Positions 54,201 to 64,000 of a DNA stretch of 64,000 bases are shown one piece after another (the stretch's first letter is position 1; each line of letters begins with the position of its first letter). Below the pieces are notes generated by a model. It was not told where the DNA came from. It searched no databases and saw nothing but the letters and a program-made list of their open reading frames with translations. Source of the DNA: Williopsis jadinii (taxonomy: Eukaryota); the NCBI GenBank assembly GCA_024346625.1, contig AP024665.1:2356001-2420000 (forward strand), in the 5' to 3' direction. The translations under genes and the position numbers were made by a program.

Positions 54201-57200
54201 TTTGATGAGCTCAACGATGCTGCAATTGGTGTTGTGTCATTTTACCCAACCACTGATGCAAATGGGGATCTTGTCACAACTTCGACAACTTTGATACCAA
54301 CACCCTTTTCAACCACTTTTGCAGATTCCAATGGGATAGCTCACACTGGGATTGTCTCATTCTTCGCAACGACTGATTCATATGGTGAGTTGGTAACAAC
54401 TTCAACCACTCAAATTATTGAAGGGGTTCCAAGCCCGCACACAACAACCTATATGGAATCCGATGGTGAGCTCAATACAGATATTGTCTCTTTCTTTGCA
54501 ACTACCGATGGAAGTGGATTGTTTTTAACGACAGAGGTTACGCTAAATGCAAGGTATGGCAGCTTTCTACTTCACACGACATATGAAATACTAACAATAT
54601 TCGAAAGCATGGATCCTACATTTGACTACTCAAATGAAGGTGAACTGATTTCTATAACTCCATTTACAACTCTTGCTCCCGGGGGAGGCTTTGCCACCTT
54701 ATCAGCTTCGTCCATTCAATCCACAACAACTGATGCTAACATACTAACTGGTGTTGAATCGTTTAATATTACCAGCGTTGATAGCAGTTCCACATCATCT
54801 TTTCTTCCTGGCATTGCACCACCTGTTACTTTCACATCTACTGATTCCACAGGGAACACATTTATCCAAGTTGTTACGCATTATGCAACAACTGATGAAG
54901 ATGGCAATCTTGTGACTACATCAACCACTGATACCATTGAAGATCTTCCTACTCCCTTCACAACAACAGGATCCGGAGAGGACAGTGTTGTTTCGTTCTA
55001 TGTTACCACCAATGATGATGGTAAACTGATCACATCATCAACTTTCCATCCTTTGCCAATTCAAAGCCAGATTGAAACAAATATTATGGGTGATGATGAT
55101 TCTGCTGCAGTTATTTCGTTCTTTGTCACTACTGATAGCGATGGAGCTCTAGTTACCACCTCAACGACATCTGCGCTGGATGAGGTTCCAGCACCTTTGA
55201 CCACCTATGTTGAAGACGGTATAAGTGAAGAACTTGGGGTAGTATCATTCTTCAGGACAACTGATGCTGATGGAGAACTGGTTGAAGCCGAGACAACACT
55301 AGCTCTTGAGGGTATTCCTGAAGCATTTTCCATGACATTTGTGGATGATGATGGTTATCTCAGATCAGGAATTGTTTCGTTTTATGCCACGACGGATAGT
55401 ATTGGTAATCTTGTCACCACTACCACAACTTCACTGCAGTCTGCTATGCCAACGCCATTCACAACAGTTTATCTCAACGATCAAAATGCTCTTCAGACAG
55501 GTCTAGTGTCCTTCTATGCAACAACAGATGATGAGCACAGTCTAGTGACATCATCAACAACTTATATCTACAAGAATCTCCCTCCTCCATTCACAACAAC
55601 TTTTACCAACGAAAAAACCGAGATAGAATCCGGTGTTGTTTCCTTCTTTGCCACAACTGACGATGATGGTGTATTTATTACGTCCTCCACCACTGAAACG
55701 CTGGATCACCTTCCAACTCAGTTCATAACCACTTATGTGGATGAAGAAGGGATCCTCCAAACAGGTAAAGTCGGCTTTTTGGTTACCACAGGAAATGATA
55801 GTGAACTACTCACTACTTCTTGGACTTCGTCAGTTAATGAAATTCCAGCCCCACATACCACTATTGATGATGATACGCAGTTGGCTGTTGCTTCGTTTTA
55901 TGGAACAACAGATGTGGATGGCCAATTTGTTACTACATCTACTACTTTTCCAGTTTTAGGAGTGCCGTCTCCATTCACCACAACTCTCATAACTAATGAA
56001 TCGATACAAACAGCAGTGGTGTCGCTGTATGCTACGACGAATGAAGTTGGAAACTTTGTCACCGACTCAACCGTCTCTGTGTTGGCCAATGCTGCTGTTC
56101 GTGAACATTTCACCACGACTGTAACCGAGGACGAGAGTACTAGGGAGGGCATTGTGTGGAACTATCTTACAACTGATACAAACGGCACATTGCTAACAAC
56201 TTCAACTACAAACTTTTTTATCGGAGTTCCCACGCCTTTCACTACCACATTTGTGGAAAGTGAACAAATTCAGACAGGTGTTGTTTCTTTCTTTGCTACA
56301 ACTGATGGAGATGGAAGCTTAGTAACGTTGTCGACAACTGAGTTGCTTGATGGTATACCGAGGGCACTCACTACTACGCTGATGGATGATGGAGTTTCAG
56401 TAGGTGTTGTAACCTTTTACATGACAACTGATGACAATGGTGATTTGTTGACAACATCTTCAACCTCCTCGTTGGATGGGGTTCCAAAACCATTCACAAC
56501 TACCTATATCGATAGTGAAGACTACCTCTTCACTGCTGTCGTCTCCCTCTATGTGACAACCAATAGTGAAGGTGAACTCATTACCACGGTGTCAACTTCA
56601 ACAATCACTGAGTCCACTGAGTTGCTTACGACAACAGTGGTGGATGACAATGTTACCATGACAGGTGTCTTTTCATTATATGCAACGACTGATAATGAAG
56701 GAAGACTAATCACAACTTCAAGCTTACATTTCCTAGATCAAATTGTGGTTCCGATAACAACAACGTATGTGGATGAGGATGATATCCTTCGTACAGAAAT
56801 CATTTCCTTTTACGCAACGACAGACCAATATGGTGACCTGGTGACAACCTCCACCACTTCACTGGCTGGAATTCCTACACCTTTCACCACTGTCTACACA
56901 GTTGACGGGAATGTTGGGGTGGGAGTTATCTCATTCCACGTAACAACTGACGACGAAGGAGTTCTCTTGACAACCTCCACTACTGAAGCACTGGTTGCCA
57001 CTCCATTCACTACTACATTTACTGATATTGAAGGGTTGGCAACTGGTCTTGTTTCCTTCAGGGAGGACACTGATGAAGATGGGAATGTTTTAGCTTATGC
57101 TTCAACTTCCATCATTGGCTTAAACTCATCGAATGGCGCAACAACTACAGATGACGGGATGCCACTGCCATATGGTACCACTGTTATTGACGATCAAGGA

Positions 57201-58820
57201 GAAACCAATAGTGGTTCTGTCATATTCTATGCTACCACTGATGCAGCTGGTTCATTCCTCACCACTTCTTCAACTGTATTGCATATTTCAGAATCGTCCA
57301 CCCCGGTTCTTGAGACTATCACAATAATTCTTGAAGACGTCAATCCATCTGAAGACAGCAATACATCAGAAAATGGAACCATTTCTTCCACAGAAAATGG
57401 ATTCTCAATGACGTTCGCTGAAACTGGTCCAACGGAAACAGTATCAGCTACCTTCATTCAAGGATCTTATATTGGCGAACAGCCCAGCTGGTCTATTAAT
57501 ATTGATGGAAGTTACGGGCCATGGAGCTCAGTTGAAGTAAGCGGGTCCAACGGAGGATCTCAATATAATATAACAGCAGCTGAATGGAGTATTGATGGGG
57601 TCAATGTTATTGGCTCGATATTCATTGGCGAGAACTCTTATTCTGCAGAATTTTTCGGTATGATTGATGAATCATCAGATCTTGTTCTCTCAGTATTTTC
57701 ACAAGCTACCGGGGATGCTCCGTATAACGCTGAAGTCCATATTGCAATCACAAATGTCAATGATAATGGGGAGACTGCTATACTGGAATTTGATGAAGAA
57801 ATAGCCCTCACAGAAGATTCTCCAGTATTGGGGGACGCACAGGAGTCTATCCTTTCAGTCACAGACGATTTCAGTACTATTCCTGACCCAACCACAACTC
57901 TGTTTTCTGATCCACAAGGCAGTACAGCCGATGATGGTGAGGCACCCACGTCAATGGCAAGTTCTATTATGACTGAAACAGACGATCAAATAAATTTCAC
58001 CAGTGGTTCCAACGAAGTATCTTCCATATCCTCCATTTCAGAGAGTGTAGAAACGGGTTCACAGCTCTCAATGACAGATGACGAACAAGAATCAGAATCT
58101 ACTGCATCTGATGATAGTTCTACCACTTCATCGACCATTAACGAAGGTTATATCGCTGGTTATTACTTGGATGGTCAACCACATTGGAGTGTCCTTATAC
58201 CAGCTGCACTTGGTCCATGGAGCTCTATTGAAATACAAGGGGAAAATCCAGGAACGAATTATTACTTGTCTTCTGTGTTCTGGAGTTTGGATGGAGTTTA
58301 TGTTCCTGGAGATATTTCTTTTGCCAGAAATGACTTCTCTGCCCAGTTCCAAGGGTCAATTGAGGAGCAATCAAGTCTTACACTTACTGTATCAGGACAA
58401 GCGATAGGTCCTGCTCCGTATTCGATTGATGCTCATATCACCATTCTGCTGCTGGAAGACAGTGTCACTCTTCTATTGAAAAGAGATAATCTTGAATTCG
58501 ATCTGTCGTCTTCCTTGAATGAAGATGCGGATTATTGGAGTGATTCTGATACGTCTTTAGTAAGTTATTACAATGATGACCCAGACCTCATTTCCTCTGT
58601 TCTTCAAACCGACGCATTTACAGCAACAACTCTATTTAGTGAGGAGGTTACTGTATCCAATACATTCGAAACATCGTTAGTTAACTACACGGATTACCTC
58701 CCAAATTCGTCAGATCCAGGATACATACCATCTTTGTCGTCTTACATTGGAGCTGCTGTATCGGATCGCTTTGCAATCCCTTCGTTTTTCTTGTTGATTA
58801 TTTCTTCCATTCTTTTGTAA
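51255..58820 (+). CDS. 2521-aa secreted, probably GPI-anchored Thr-rich adhesin/flocculin-like protein
   Basis: Signal peptide, ~200-aa N-domain with six Cys, ~44-aa repeats, hydrophobic GPI-type C-terminus (YIGAAVSDRFAIPSFFLLIISSILL). Confidence 0.9.
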   Translation: MKLASFVLKLLLVIPLVFAQSAEIYNVGFTTVTTQLNLARTLSHLCYYQTLSGALRDRAYSYMYTIRGETTRSTVLFVPVTYRQFTLTWYFRFEDPIYATDLAAAYSGSDISNLAGVVNLEQGELIASYKATFPQLTIITSVLSFCTLQYVSWTWSTYDPNGNVEFLSFYTGNIGSSATQLLDGIVCGAVNLLNCRVYSTSLSYACSDMSSSNCNKAAVLSADLGSSHQTRTSSQVQTTYSSPEAVSSSTEEASGTHNQLQPYTTVIWEDGESVQTGVVSFYVTTNNAGDLVTTQTTIFDARLPDTSTPIYWNESTWENGVGSSSTMTEDHGSPIMITAASDVTGPVVATFAEGDQTSTVEELQSPYTRTHLDSFGLAHTEIVSFYATTDDDGSLVTTSTTFEMDIIPAPFTTTLAAEMGYQTAVVSFYATTDEDGILVTETTTSTINSIPTPLTTLYENQNGDDLFGIVSHYATTDEYGELITTSTTSSLNGLPAPFTTVFLGGEGDLQSGVVSFYVTTESNGDLVTSDTTKILDKIPAPYTTTFADHEGLAQYGVVSFYATTDDNGNFVTSVTTSIMDGIQSPISVIFTDENDDIHSGVVSFFVTTDDAGLLHTTSTTLVAQGVPTPYTTTYANEQEQALVGIVSFFATTDEAGNLITTSTTSLLDGVPTPYTTTYYEDDTAQTGIVNFYVTTDDYGSLVTETSTLDVFGVPAAYATTFTDANNEIQSGTVSFYATTDTGGNLVTTSTTHIVTATTSPYTTTFTDNDDNVQSGIVYFFATTNDEGALVTDSTTSLLDDIPDPYTIIAEGTLGAEVVWFYATTDENGELITMSTASQAHGPPGPITDTIFGEEGEIKTRVASFFVTLDDAGSLITTSTISELDTLPTPFTTTFADDFGIAQTGIVSFYVTTDENGDLLTTSTLEALLNPPSPYTTTFVNDNEVIQTGIVTFFASTDDQGALTTYTRTDVISDIPDPYTTRYFDELNDAAIGVVSFYPTTDANGDLVTTSTTLIPTPFSTTFADSNGIAHTGIVSFFATTDSYGELVTTSTTQIIEGVPSPHTTTYMESDGELNTDIVSFFATTDGSGLFLTTEVTLNARYGSFLLHTTYEILTIFESMDPTFDYSNEGELISITPFTTLAPGGGFATLSASSIQSTTTDANILTGVESFNITSVDSSSTSSFLPGIAPPVTFTSTDSTGNTFIQVVTHYATTDEDGNLVTTSTTDTIEDLPTPFTTTGSGEDSVVSFYVTTNDDGKLITSSTFHPLPIQSQIETNIMGDDDSAAVISFFVTTDSDGALVTTSTTSALDEVPAPLTTYVEDGISEELGVVSFFRTTDADGELVEAETTLALEGIPEAFSMTFVDDDGYLRSGIVSFYATTDSIGNLVTTTTTSLQSAMPTPFTTVYLNDQNALQTGLVSFYATTDDEHSLVTSSTTYIYKNLPPPFTTTFTNEKTEIESGVVSFFATTDDDGVFITSSTTETLDHLPTQFITTYVDEEGILQTGKVGFLVTTGNDSELLTTSWTSSVNEIPAPHTTIDDDTQLAVASFYGTTDVDGQFVTTSTTFPVLGVPSPFTTTLITNESIQTAVVSLYATTNEVGNFVTDSTVSVLANAAVREHFTTTVTEDESTREGIVWNYLTTDTNGTLLTTSTTNFFIGVPTPFTTTFVESEQIQTGVVSFFATTDGDGSLVTLSTTELLDGIPRALTTTLMDDGVSVGVVTFYMTTDDNGDLLTTSSTSSLDGVPKPFTTTYIDSEDYLFTAVVSLYVTTNSEGELITTVSTSTITESTELLTTTVVDDNVTMTGVFSLYATTDNEGRLITTSSLHFLDQIVVPITTTYVDEDDILRTEIISFYATTDQYGDLVTTSTTSLAGIPTPFTTVYTVDGNVGVGVISFHVTTDDEGVLLTTSTTEALVATPFTTTFTDIEGLATGLVSFREDTDEDGNVLAYASTSIIGLNSSNGATTTDDGMPLPYGTTVIDDQGETNSGSVIFYATTDAAGSFLTTSSTVLHISESSTPVLETITIILEDVNPSEDSNTSENGTISSTENGFSMTFAETGPTETVSATFIQGSYIGEQPSWSINIDGSYGPWSSVEVSGSNGGSQYNITAAEWSIDGVNVIGSIFIGENSYSAEFFGMIDESSDLVLSVFSQATGDAPYNAEVHIAITNVNDNGETAILEFDEEIALTEDSPVLGDAQESILSVTDDFSTIPDPTTTLFSDPQGSTADDGEAPTSMASSIMTETDDQINFTSGSNEVSSISSISESVETGSQLSMTDDEQESESTASDDSSTTSSTINEGYIAGYYLDGQPHWSVLIPAALGPWSSIEIQGENPGTNYYLSSVFWSLDGVYVPGDISFARNDFSAQFQGSIEEQSSLTLTVSGQAIGPAPYSIDAHITILLLEDSVTLLLKRDNLEFDLSSSLNEDADYWSDSDTSLVSYYNDDPDLISSVLQTDAFTATTLFSEEVTVSNTFETSLVNYTDYLPNSSDPGYIPSLSSYIGAAVSDRFAIPSFFLLIISSILL
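52040..57275 (+). repeat. 37 degenerate ~44-aa coding repeats (PtPfTTtf..d.g..qtGvVSFyaTTDddG.LvTtsTt)
   Basis: Manual count of the VSF(Y/F)xTTD..G.L core in the translation; non-repeat spacers near 52150-52340 and 54550-54820. Confidence 0.85.
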
Positions 58821-58940
58821 AATCGCAATAAAGCTTATTGAATCTTTATATAACCATGTAGGTCAGAATACTGAATCTTGAAAGCAAAACAGCTGGAACG
58901 TGATCACTTTTATTCGTGTAAACTTTGACAAGTTGTGAAA

Positions 58941-59940
58941 TCACGTGCCTGAGCGTTCAATGTGTCTACAAGATGATAACCAGTTACTCATAAAAGAAGG
59001 TGTCATAAGCGCCTCAGTCCTACAATAAAGCTCTTCTTGTGAAACACAAATCGAAGTACCTTTCTAGCTGCTGTCGTCATTTATCTTTAATATGACTACT
59101 AAAACTGTGGAGTTCTATTCGTTCTCCTTTTCAAACGCCGTAAATTAATGATACTGCATGAATTAAAGAATCTGATCCATATCATCTATCTCTAACATGC
59201 AGAATAACATTGATGTGGTATAAGGAACAGTATCAATCAAAATTTAGCAATCTTTGTACCAAATCATAGTCGAACTCATTCACTCATGGAATTCTTCAAC
59301 TGAGAACACAATGCAAAAAACAGGAGTTTATGAACACTTGAACTTACCCACAACTCCCATTTATGATGATCTGCAGATACAGAAGTGACTACAGCTACGA
59401 AATCTAGTTGTCAATGATGCTTTGCGTTGATTTGGCAGGTCTCAAGCCACAATAAATGAAGGTGAAAGGTGGAAAAGAGAGTGAAACCACCATTTTAACC
59501 CTATATCTATACACCTTCAAGTACATGAAAACTCTCATGAAAATTTTTGTGTGGCTTCTAAAAGCGTGCCATACAATGGTGTGACTTAAAACAGGTTGAT
59601 AGAGGACATTTCCAATTATGTTGAAGCTCATTGCGCTGTTTGAATCATATTACACAAATCTGCTTTGTCTAAAAACGCAACCACTTGTGGTACCTTTCCG
59701 ACGTCTCTGTTCGTGGTGAAACCAAGGTGAACGTTCATCGCTGAAAAAATTTGACTCCGGAGATAGGAACGTGGAGCCGCACAAAAAATAAGATGTACAA
59801 GTAAAAGCATTGGGAGCCTGACGCTTCTTCATGCAGAGTACATTTGATCTTAAACCCATTGCTAGAGGTAGGGAAATTTTTGCCTCAATAGACGCCACAG
59901 TTTAGCGTATCTACGCGTGATGAGCTTTCCGAGTATATAA
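58941..59940. promoter_or_regulatory. YCT1 upstream region with Cbf1 and Met31/32 sites and TATA box
   Basis: TCACGTG at 58941-58947; AAACTGTGG at 59102-59110; CGCCACAGTTT at 59893-59903; TATATAA at 59934-59940. Confidence 0.75.
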
Positions 59941-60008
59941 CGAGGTCGATGCTCTTCATCTAAGACAAAAGATGGATAGAATAGTTCTTGACATCCAAAG
60001 CAAACAAT

Positions 60009-61607
60009 ATGTCTAAAGAGGTTGACTCGCTCCATACTTTGGAGAAGAGTTCATTTGACAAGCCATTGAATGGATACAATGAAGTTGCTGGTTCACTTTC
60101 TAAACAGTATAAAGTTATTTCTTCAAGAGATGCTGATGTTACTCTCAAATTCCAAGAGGAATGGGATTCACAGGTACCAGAGATTACTCCAGAACAAGAG
60201 GCTAAACTCTCGAGGAAGGTGTCTTGGTACATTGTTACATTCACTGCCACTGTGAACCTCATGCTTTACATGGATAAGGCAACTTTATCATATGCAGCCA
60301 TCTTGGGACTCTTTGAGGACACAAAGCTCACAACAGGAGAATACAATAACGCCAACACTCTATTTTATGTTGGCTTTATCCTTGGGCAAATACCAGGTGT
60401 GTACCTCTTGCAAAAACTCCCGGTGGGTCGTTATCTTACAGGTTTGACAGTATCATGGACTTTAATCATCTTTCTAAGTTGTACCATGCACAATTTCCAA
60501 GGTGTTTACGCTGTTAGATTCTTCCTAGGCCTTGTTGAAGCAGTTGTCGTTCCAATCTTAAACAATACCATGGGTCAATTTCTCACATCGAAGGAAAAGG
60601 CTGCTGCTGCACCATTATTCTACTCCACTTGTCTTGGTGTGACAATTCCAGCTGGTTTCATCGCCTATGGTGTAATATACGCGGAGAATACGATATCTGG
60701 CTGGAAGATCTTCATGATTATTATTGGTGGACTCACTTTCATTATGGGTATCTTTATCTTCTTTTTCTATCCTGATAACCCAACAAATGTAAAGGGTTTC
60801 TCGATCGAAGAGAAGATCTGGATCATTCGTAGAGTACAGCAGTCTACAGGGTCATCCATTGAGCAGAAATATTTCAAGAAGTACCAGGCTGTAGAGGCAT
60901 TGAAGGATCCAATAACGTGGCTTTTTTTCGGCTACATATTCTTTTCTCAGTTGGCTAACAATTTGCCGTATCAACAGAATCTTTTGTTTGAAGAGATGGG
61001 CGGTATTTCAAACTTGGATTCGACCTTGGTTTCAGTTGCATCTGGTGGGTTCGCAGTAGTGTGCTGTATACTCTCTTGGGCTTTCATGTGGAAATTTCCA
61101 AACACCTCTGCATTTTCCGCGATCTTCTGGACTATCCCATCATTTGTTGGTTCAATACTCGCTGTTGCTCTCCCATGGGACAATAAGATCGGTATTCTTG
61201 CCGCTCTCTGTCTCGCTTCTCCGGTGTTTGGTATTCCTTACATCATTATGTTCTCATGGAATTCAGCAACAGCTTCTGGCTACACAAAGAAGATGGTTCG
61301 TAATGCTACGATAATGATAGCCATGGGTATTTCCAACCTGATATCTCCGCAGCTATGGAGATCCAACGATTCTCCACGTTATAAGAGCGCATGGATCGTT
61401 CAGATTGTTTTGTCATTTAGTGCTGCTCCATTTTTATGCTTTGTCATTTGGTGGATATTGAAAAGACGTAACACTGAGCGTTTGGCAGAAATGGATAACA
61501 GTGAAAAGGTTGGTGTCATCAAAGATGAAGATAAAGAAGTTGTCGTGAATCTAGCTACATTGGATCTGACAGACTTGGAGAACAAGACCTTTTTGTATCC
61601 ACTTTGA
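60009..61607 (+). CDS. YCT1: High-affinity cysteine transporter (Dal5/ACS family MFS)
   Basis: ADVTL..VPEITPEQE, LYMDKATLSY, WIIRRVQQSTGSSIEQK, QLANNLPYQQNLLFE and DLTDLENKTFLYPL match recalled Yct1. ATG at 60009. Confidence 0.9.
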   Translation: MSKEVDSLHTLEKSSFDKPLNGYNEVAGSLSKQYKVISSRDADVTLKFQEEWDSQVPEITPEQEAKLSRKVSWYIVTFTATVNLMLYMDKATLSYAAILGLFEDTKLTTGEYNNANTLFYVGFILGQIPGVYLLQKLPVGRYLTGLTVSWTLIIFLSCTMHNFQGVYAVRFFLGLVEAVVVPILNNTMGQFLTSKEKAAAAPLFYSTCLGVTIPAGFIAYGVIYAENTISGWKIFMIIIGGLTFIMGIFIFFFYPDNPTNVKGFSIEEKIWIIRRVQQSTGSSIEQKYFKKYQAVEALKDPITWLFFGYIFFSQLANNLPYQQNLLFEEMGGISNLDSTLVSVASGGFAVVCCILSWAFMWKFPNTSAFSAIFWTIPSFVGSILAVALPWDNKIGILAALCLASPVFGIPYIIMFSWNSATASGYTKKMVRNATIMIAMGISNLISPQLWRSNDSPRYKSAWIVQIVLSFSAAPFLCFVIWWILKRRNTERLAEMDNSEKVGVIKDEDKEVVVNLATLDLTDLENKTFLYPL

Positions 61608-61786
61608 GAATCTGCTTTAGCATTTTGGAGGAGGTTTGAAGCGGGTAAGTTGTTTAATATGGTTTAATATGTCCTAATAACTACAACAACTGTAGCCCGA
61701 CTATTACTGTTTATACATGTATTCAACATGTCGCAAGAAACATAACATCTTCCGTGTTGAATACAATCACATAACGAAAGCATATC

Positions 61787-63316
61787 TTACTTACTGTGTG
61801 TGTAATTTTTGAACGAATCAGAATCTTCCTCTGCATATTCAGGATCCGAAACTTCGATTACGCCATTATCAGAAGCCCTAATTCTGTTGAGCTCTTCATT
61901 TCTCTTGACAGCTTTCTTGTACACAAAGATGACGTAACTTATCGAAGAAAAAAATGAGACACCGACAAATAAAATGGACATCTTGTAACCCCATTTGAAG
62001 TTTGGAGCTTGGTTAGCAGGCCAAAGATAAAGCGTGAGCCATGCATTATTGGCATAGACCAAGACAACAGCCGCACCAGTCGCAATGGCTCTCTTTTCAG
62101 GCGAAAGAGCATACACCTCTGCTAGAAGGGAAATCAGTAAGGAAGTAACACCATCTGAGATAGGAATCATGAAAAAGGCAGCATACTTGATCCCGTTATT
62201 CGATGGCCAAATTGCAAGAACTATATTTGAGAAGAAGTCAATGAGAAGTTGAATTCCAAGGACGTATCCAGGACTTTGTGTAAGGTCAGAAACCTTTGCC
62301 CAAAAAATCACACTCACCATTGAGATGGCGTTTCCACCGATGGGAATAAGATTAACTTGCTCAACACTCCAAACACGACTTCCATCTTCATGCGCTATAC
62401 TCTTTAACCACAGGTTGAAGTAAGAAAACGCTGCACACCAAGCCTTTGGACAATATGCAGCCAAAAATAGCCAAAGTCTCCAATCCAAGAACACTTCATA
62501 GAACTCTTTAAATCTGAATCTTCTGGTTGTTTCTCTTCCTACCCTTTGCATTCTCTCGACAGCAATTTCAACGTCGGACTCGTTCATCCAAATCTTAGAA
62601 CCTCCATTTTGCGGAGTATCTGGAATGAAGAAATAACCACTAAGGCCAACTGCTATGGTCATCAAGCCATTGATGATAAAGAGCCACTCAAACCCTTCAA
62701 GTCCATGGACTCCGTTCAGTGTTTTGTAGATAGCTGATTGAAGAAAGCCTGAAAACATGTTACCAGCGTAGTAAGAGGCTTGGAATATACCGATCCTAGT
62801 GGCAAGTTCTTCCTTTGTATAATAATTCATCAAGGTAATAATGATACCAGGCCAACTGGATGCCTCGAAGAAACCTATAAAGAAACGCAAAGGGTACAAA
62901 CCCTGTGGAGACTTTGGAATTGAGCAGAGGGCCACCAGAACACCCCAAATGATCTCAAAAGTACTAAGCAAATAGGCTGGCTTTACCTTATTCATGAGAA
63001 TCTGTGATGGAATTAGCGATATGGAGTAACCTATTTTGAAATAGGTATCAAGCCAGTTATAATCCTTTCCTTGAAAGTTCAACGCCTCCTTCATACCAGA
63101 TACATATGCGTTAGACACATTGCTTTGATCTATAGATTTCATAAAGTAAGCAACTGTGGTCCATGTTAAGAGGAACAAGTCTACTTTTCTGACAAACTTT
63201 TTCTCTCTAGGAGACTTGTACTCAACTTTTGGAAAGACCTTTCTCCAAAATGATGGTTCATCTTTCAAAACTATCTCATCTGAGGTGACTTGTACTTGTT
63301 CAGTACGTTTTGACAT
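61787..63316 (-). CDS. Dal5/ACS-family MFS permease, Seo1/Fen2/Liz1-like
   Basis: DQSNVSNAYVSGMKEAL, LRFFIGFFEA, YTKEELATRIGIF and GLEGFEWLFII motifs; substrate unknown. Confidence 0.88.
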   Translation of the reverse strand: MSKRTEQVQVTSDEIVLKDEPSFWRKVFPKVEYKSPREKKFVRKVDLFLLTWTTVAYFMKSIDQSNVSNAYVSGMKEALNFQGKDYNWLDTYFKIGYSISLIPSQILMNKVKPAYLLSTFEIIWGVLVALCSIPKSPQGLYPLRFFIGFFEASSWPGIIITLMNYYTKEELATRIGIFQASYYAGNMFSGFLQSAIYKTLNGVHGLEGFEWLFIINGLMTIAVGLSGYFFIPDTPQNGGSKIWMNESDVEIAVERMQRVGRETTRRFRFKEFYEVFLDWRLWLFLAAYCPKAWCAAFSYFNLWLKSIAHEDGSRVWSVEQVNLIPIGGNAISMVSVIFWAKVSDLTQSPGYVLGIQLLIDFFSNIVLAIWPSNNGIKYAAFFMIPISDGVTSLLISLLAEVYALSPEKRAIATGAAVVLVYANNAWLTLYLWPANQAPNFKWGYKMSILFVGVSFFSSISYVIFVYKKAVKRNEELNRIRASDNGVIEVSDPEYAEEDSDSFKNYTHSK

Positions 63317-64000
63317 TTGGTCTGCTGATTCTGGGGAGGAGACAAATTGTCGTTATTGGTTTTTGTATTGCGAGATTCATCCAATTTATAATTCCAAAGA
63401 TCATCCTTCTATACCGAAGTAACAACCAAACTGTGAGTGGAAGATAGAGAAGGAAAAGTGAGAAAAAAGGAAGAGCAAAAACACATAAGCAATGTCAATG
63501 ACTGTTTCAGTCGAGATATCTCATCTCAAAAAAGGTAAACACGCGTATAAGCGAACAATTTGCAATGTGGACCCCAAAATTGTTCAACACTTGCATCGAC
63601 ACTTTTACTCCTGTTAAGCGAACGTTTGGGCACCTCCACAGTTGTAAACCAAGATTCTGTCGGACCTCCTTCTCCGTATGTGTATAGACCTCCACATTTA
63701 TCAGTCCAATATTGATGATGGCTTCGTAGATAAGTTCAAAACTTGCATTCAATGTTTGTGGCGTTTTAGTTATGTTCCAAACTTTTGTGTCTGTTTTCGT
63801 TTGTGCCAAGATATGCAATATCGGCAATTAACACGTTTTCAACCAAACAACCGGTGTCAATGACTCAGGTAGCGGTGCTTTTTCAGCGGACTTTCTCCCA
63901 ACGGAGGAGATGCAAGATTTTCAATTTTTAAACCGCCCCTATACAGACATATCTCCATAGAGTCTCGAGTTCTGTCCACTTCACATTACTCATCACCAGT

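Noticed and set aside
52040..57275. Repeat-spacer or CRISPR-like array
   Set aside because: Repeats are conserved at protein level within one eukaryotic ORF; no identical DNA direct repeats and no cas genes.

Overview
Eukaryotic DNA from a budding yeast (Saccharomycotina). It uses the standard code (CTG at conserved Leu positions in SNF1), has short spliceosomal introns, and keeps a complex I assembly factor, which fits a Phaffomycetaceae-type yeast such as Cyberlindnera (taxon is an inference). Bases 1-40 kb are dense core genes: PST2-like, JIP4/YOR019W-like, MRS6, RPS12, RAD17, PEX22, SCP1, MRPL51, NDUFAF3-like, type I myosin, STI1, RKM4, BUB3, PEX29, SNM1, NUD1, NDD1, SRC1, SNF1, HST3, MET5. 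Bases 40-64 kb are a sparser, subtelomere-like accessory block: photolyase, C2H2 transcription factor, NCS1 nucleobase transporter, thymine-7-hydroxylase-like 2OG dioxygenase, a 2521-aa repeat adhesin, YCT1 and a SEO1/FEN2-family permease. I resolved five introns the ORF track misses (RAD17, SCP1, BUB3, two in SRC1). Top leads are (1) a TF + NCS1 + T7H-like dioxygenase module with an Adr1-type palindrome, a candidate modified-nucleobase utilisation system; (2) a myosin-I with Glu at the regulatory TEDS site; (3) SRC1 with rearranged alternative 5' splice sites plus a frameshift in an (AG)n run; (4) an adhesin with 37 diverged repeats and a Kex2-like site. Gene names come from recalled sequence similarity; no searches were run.
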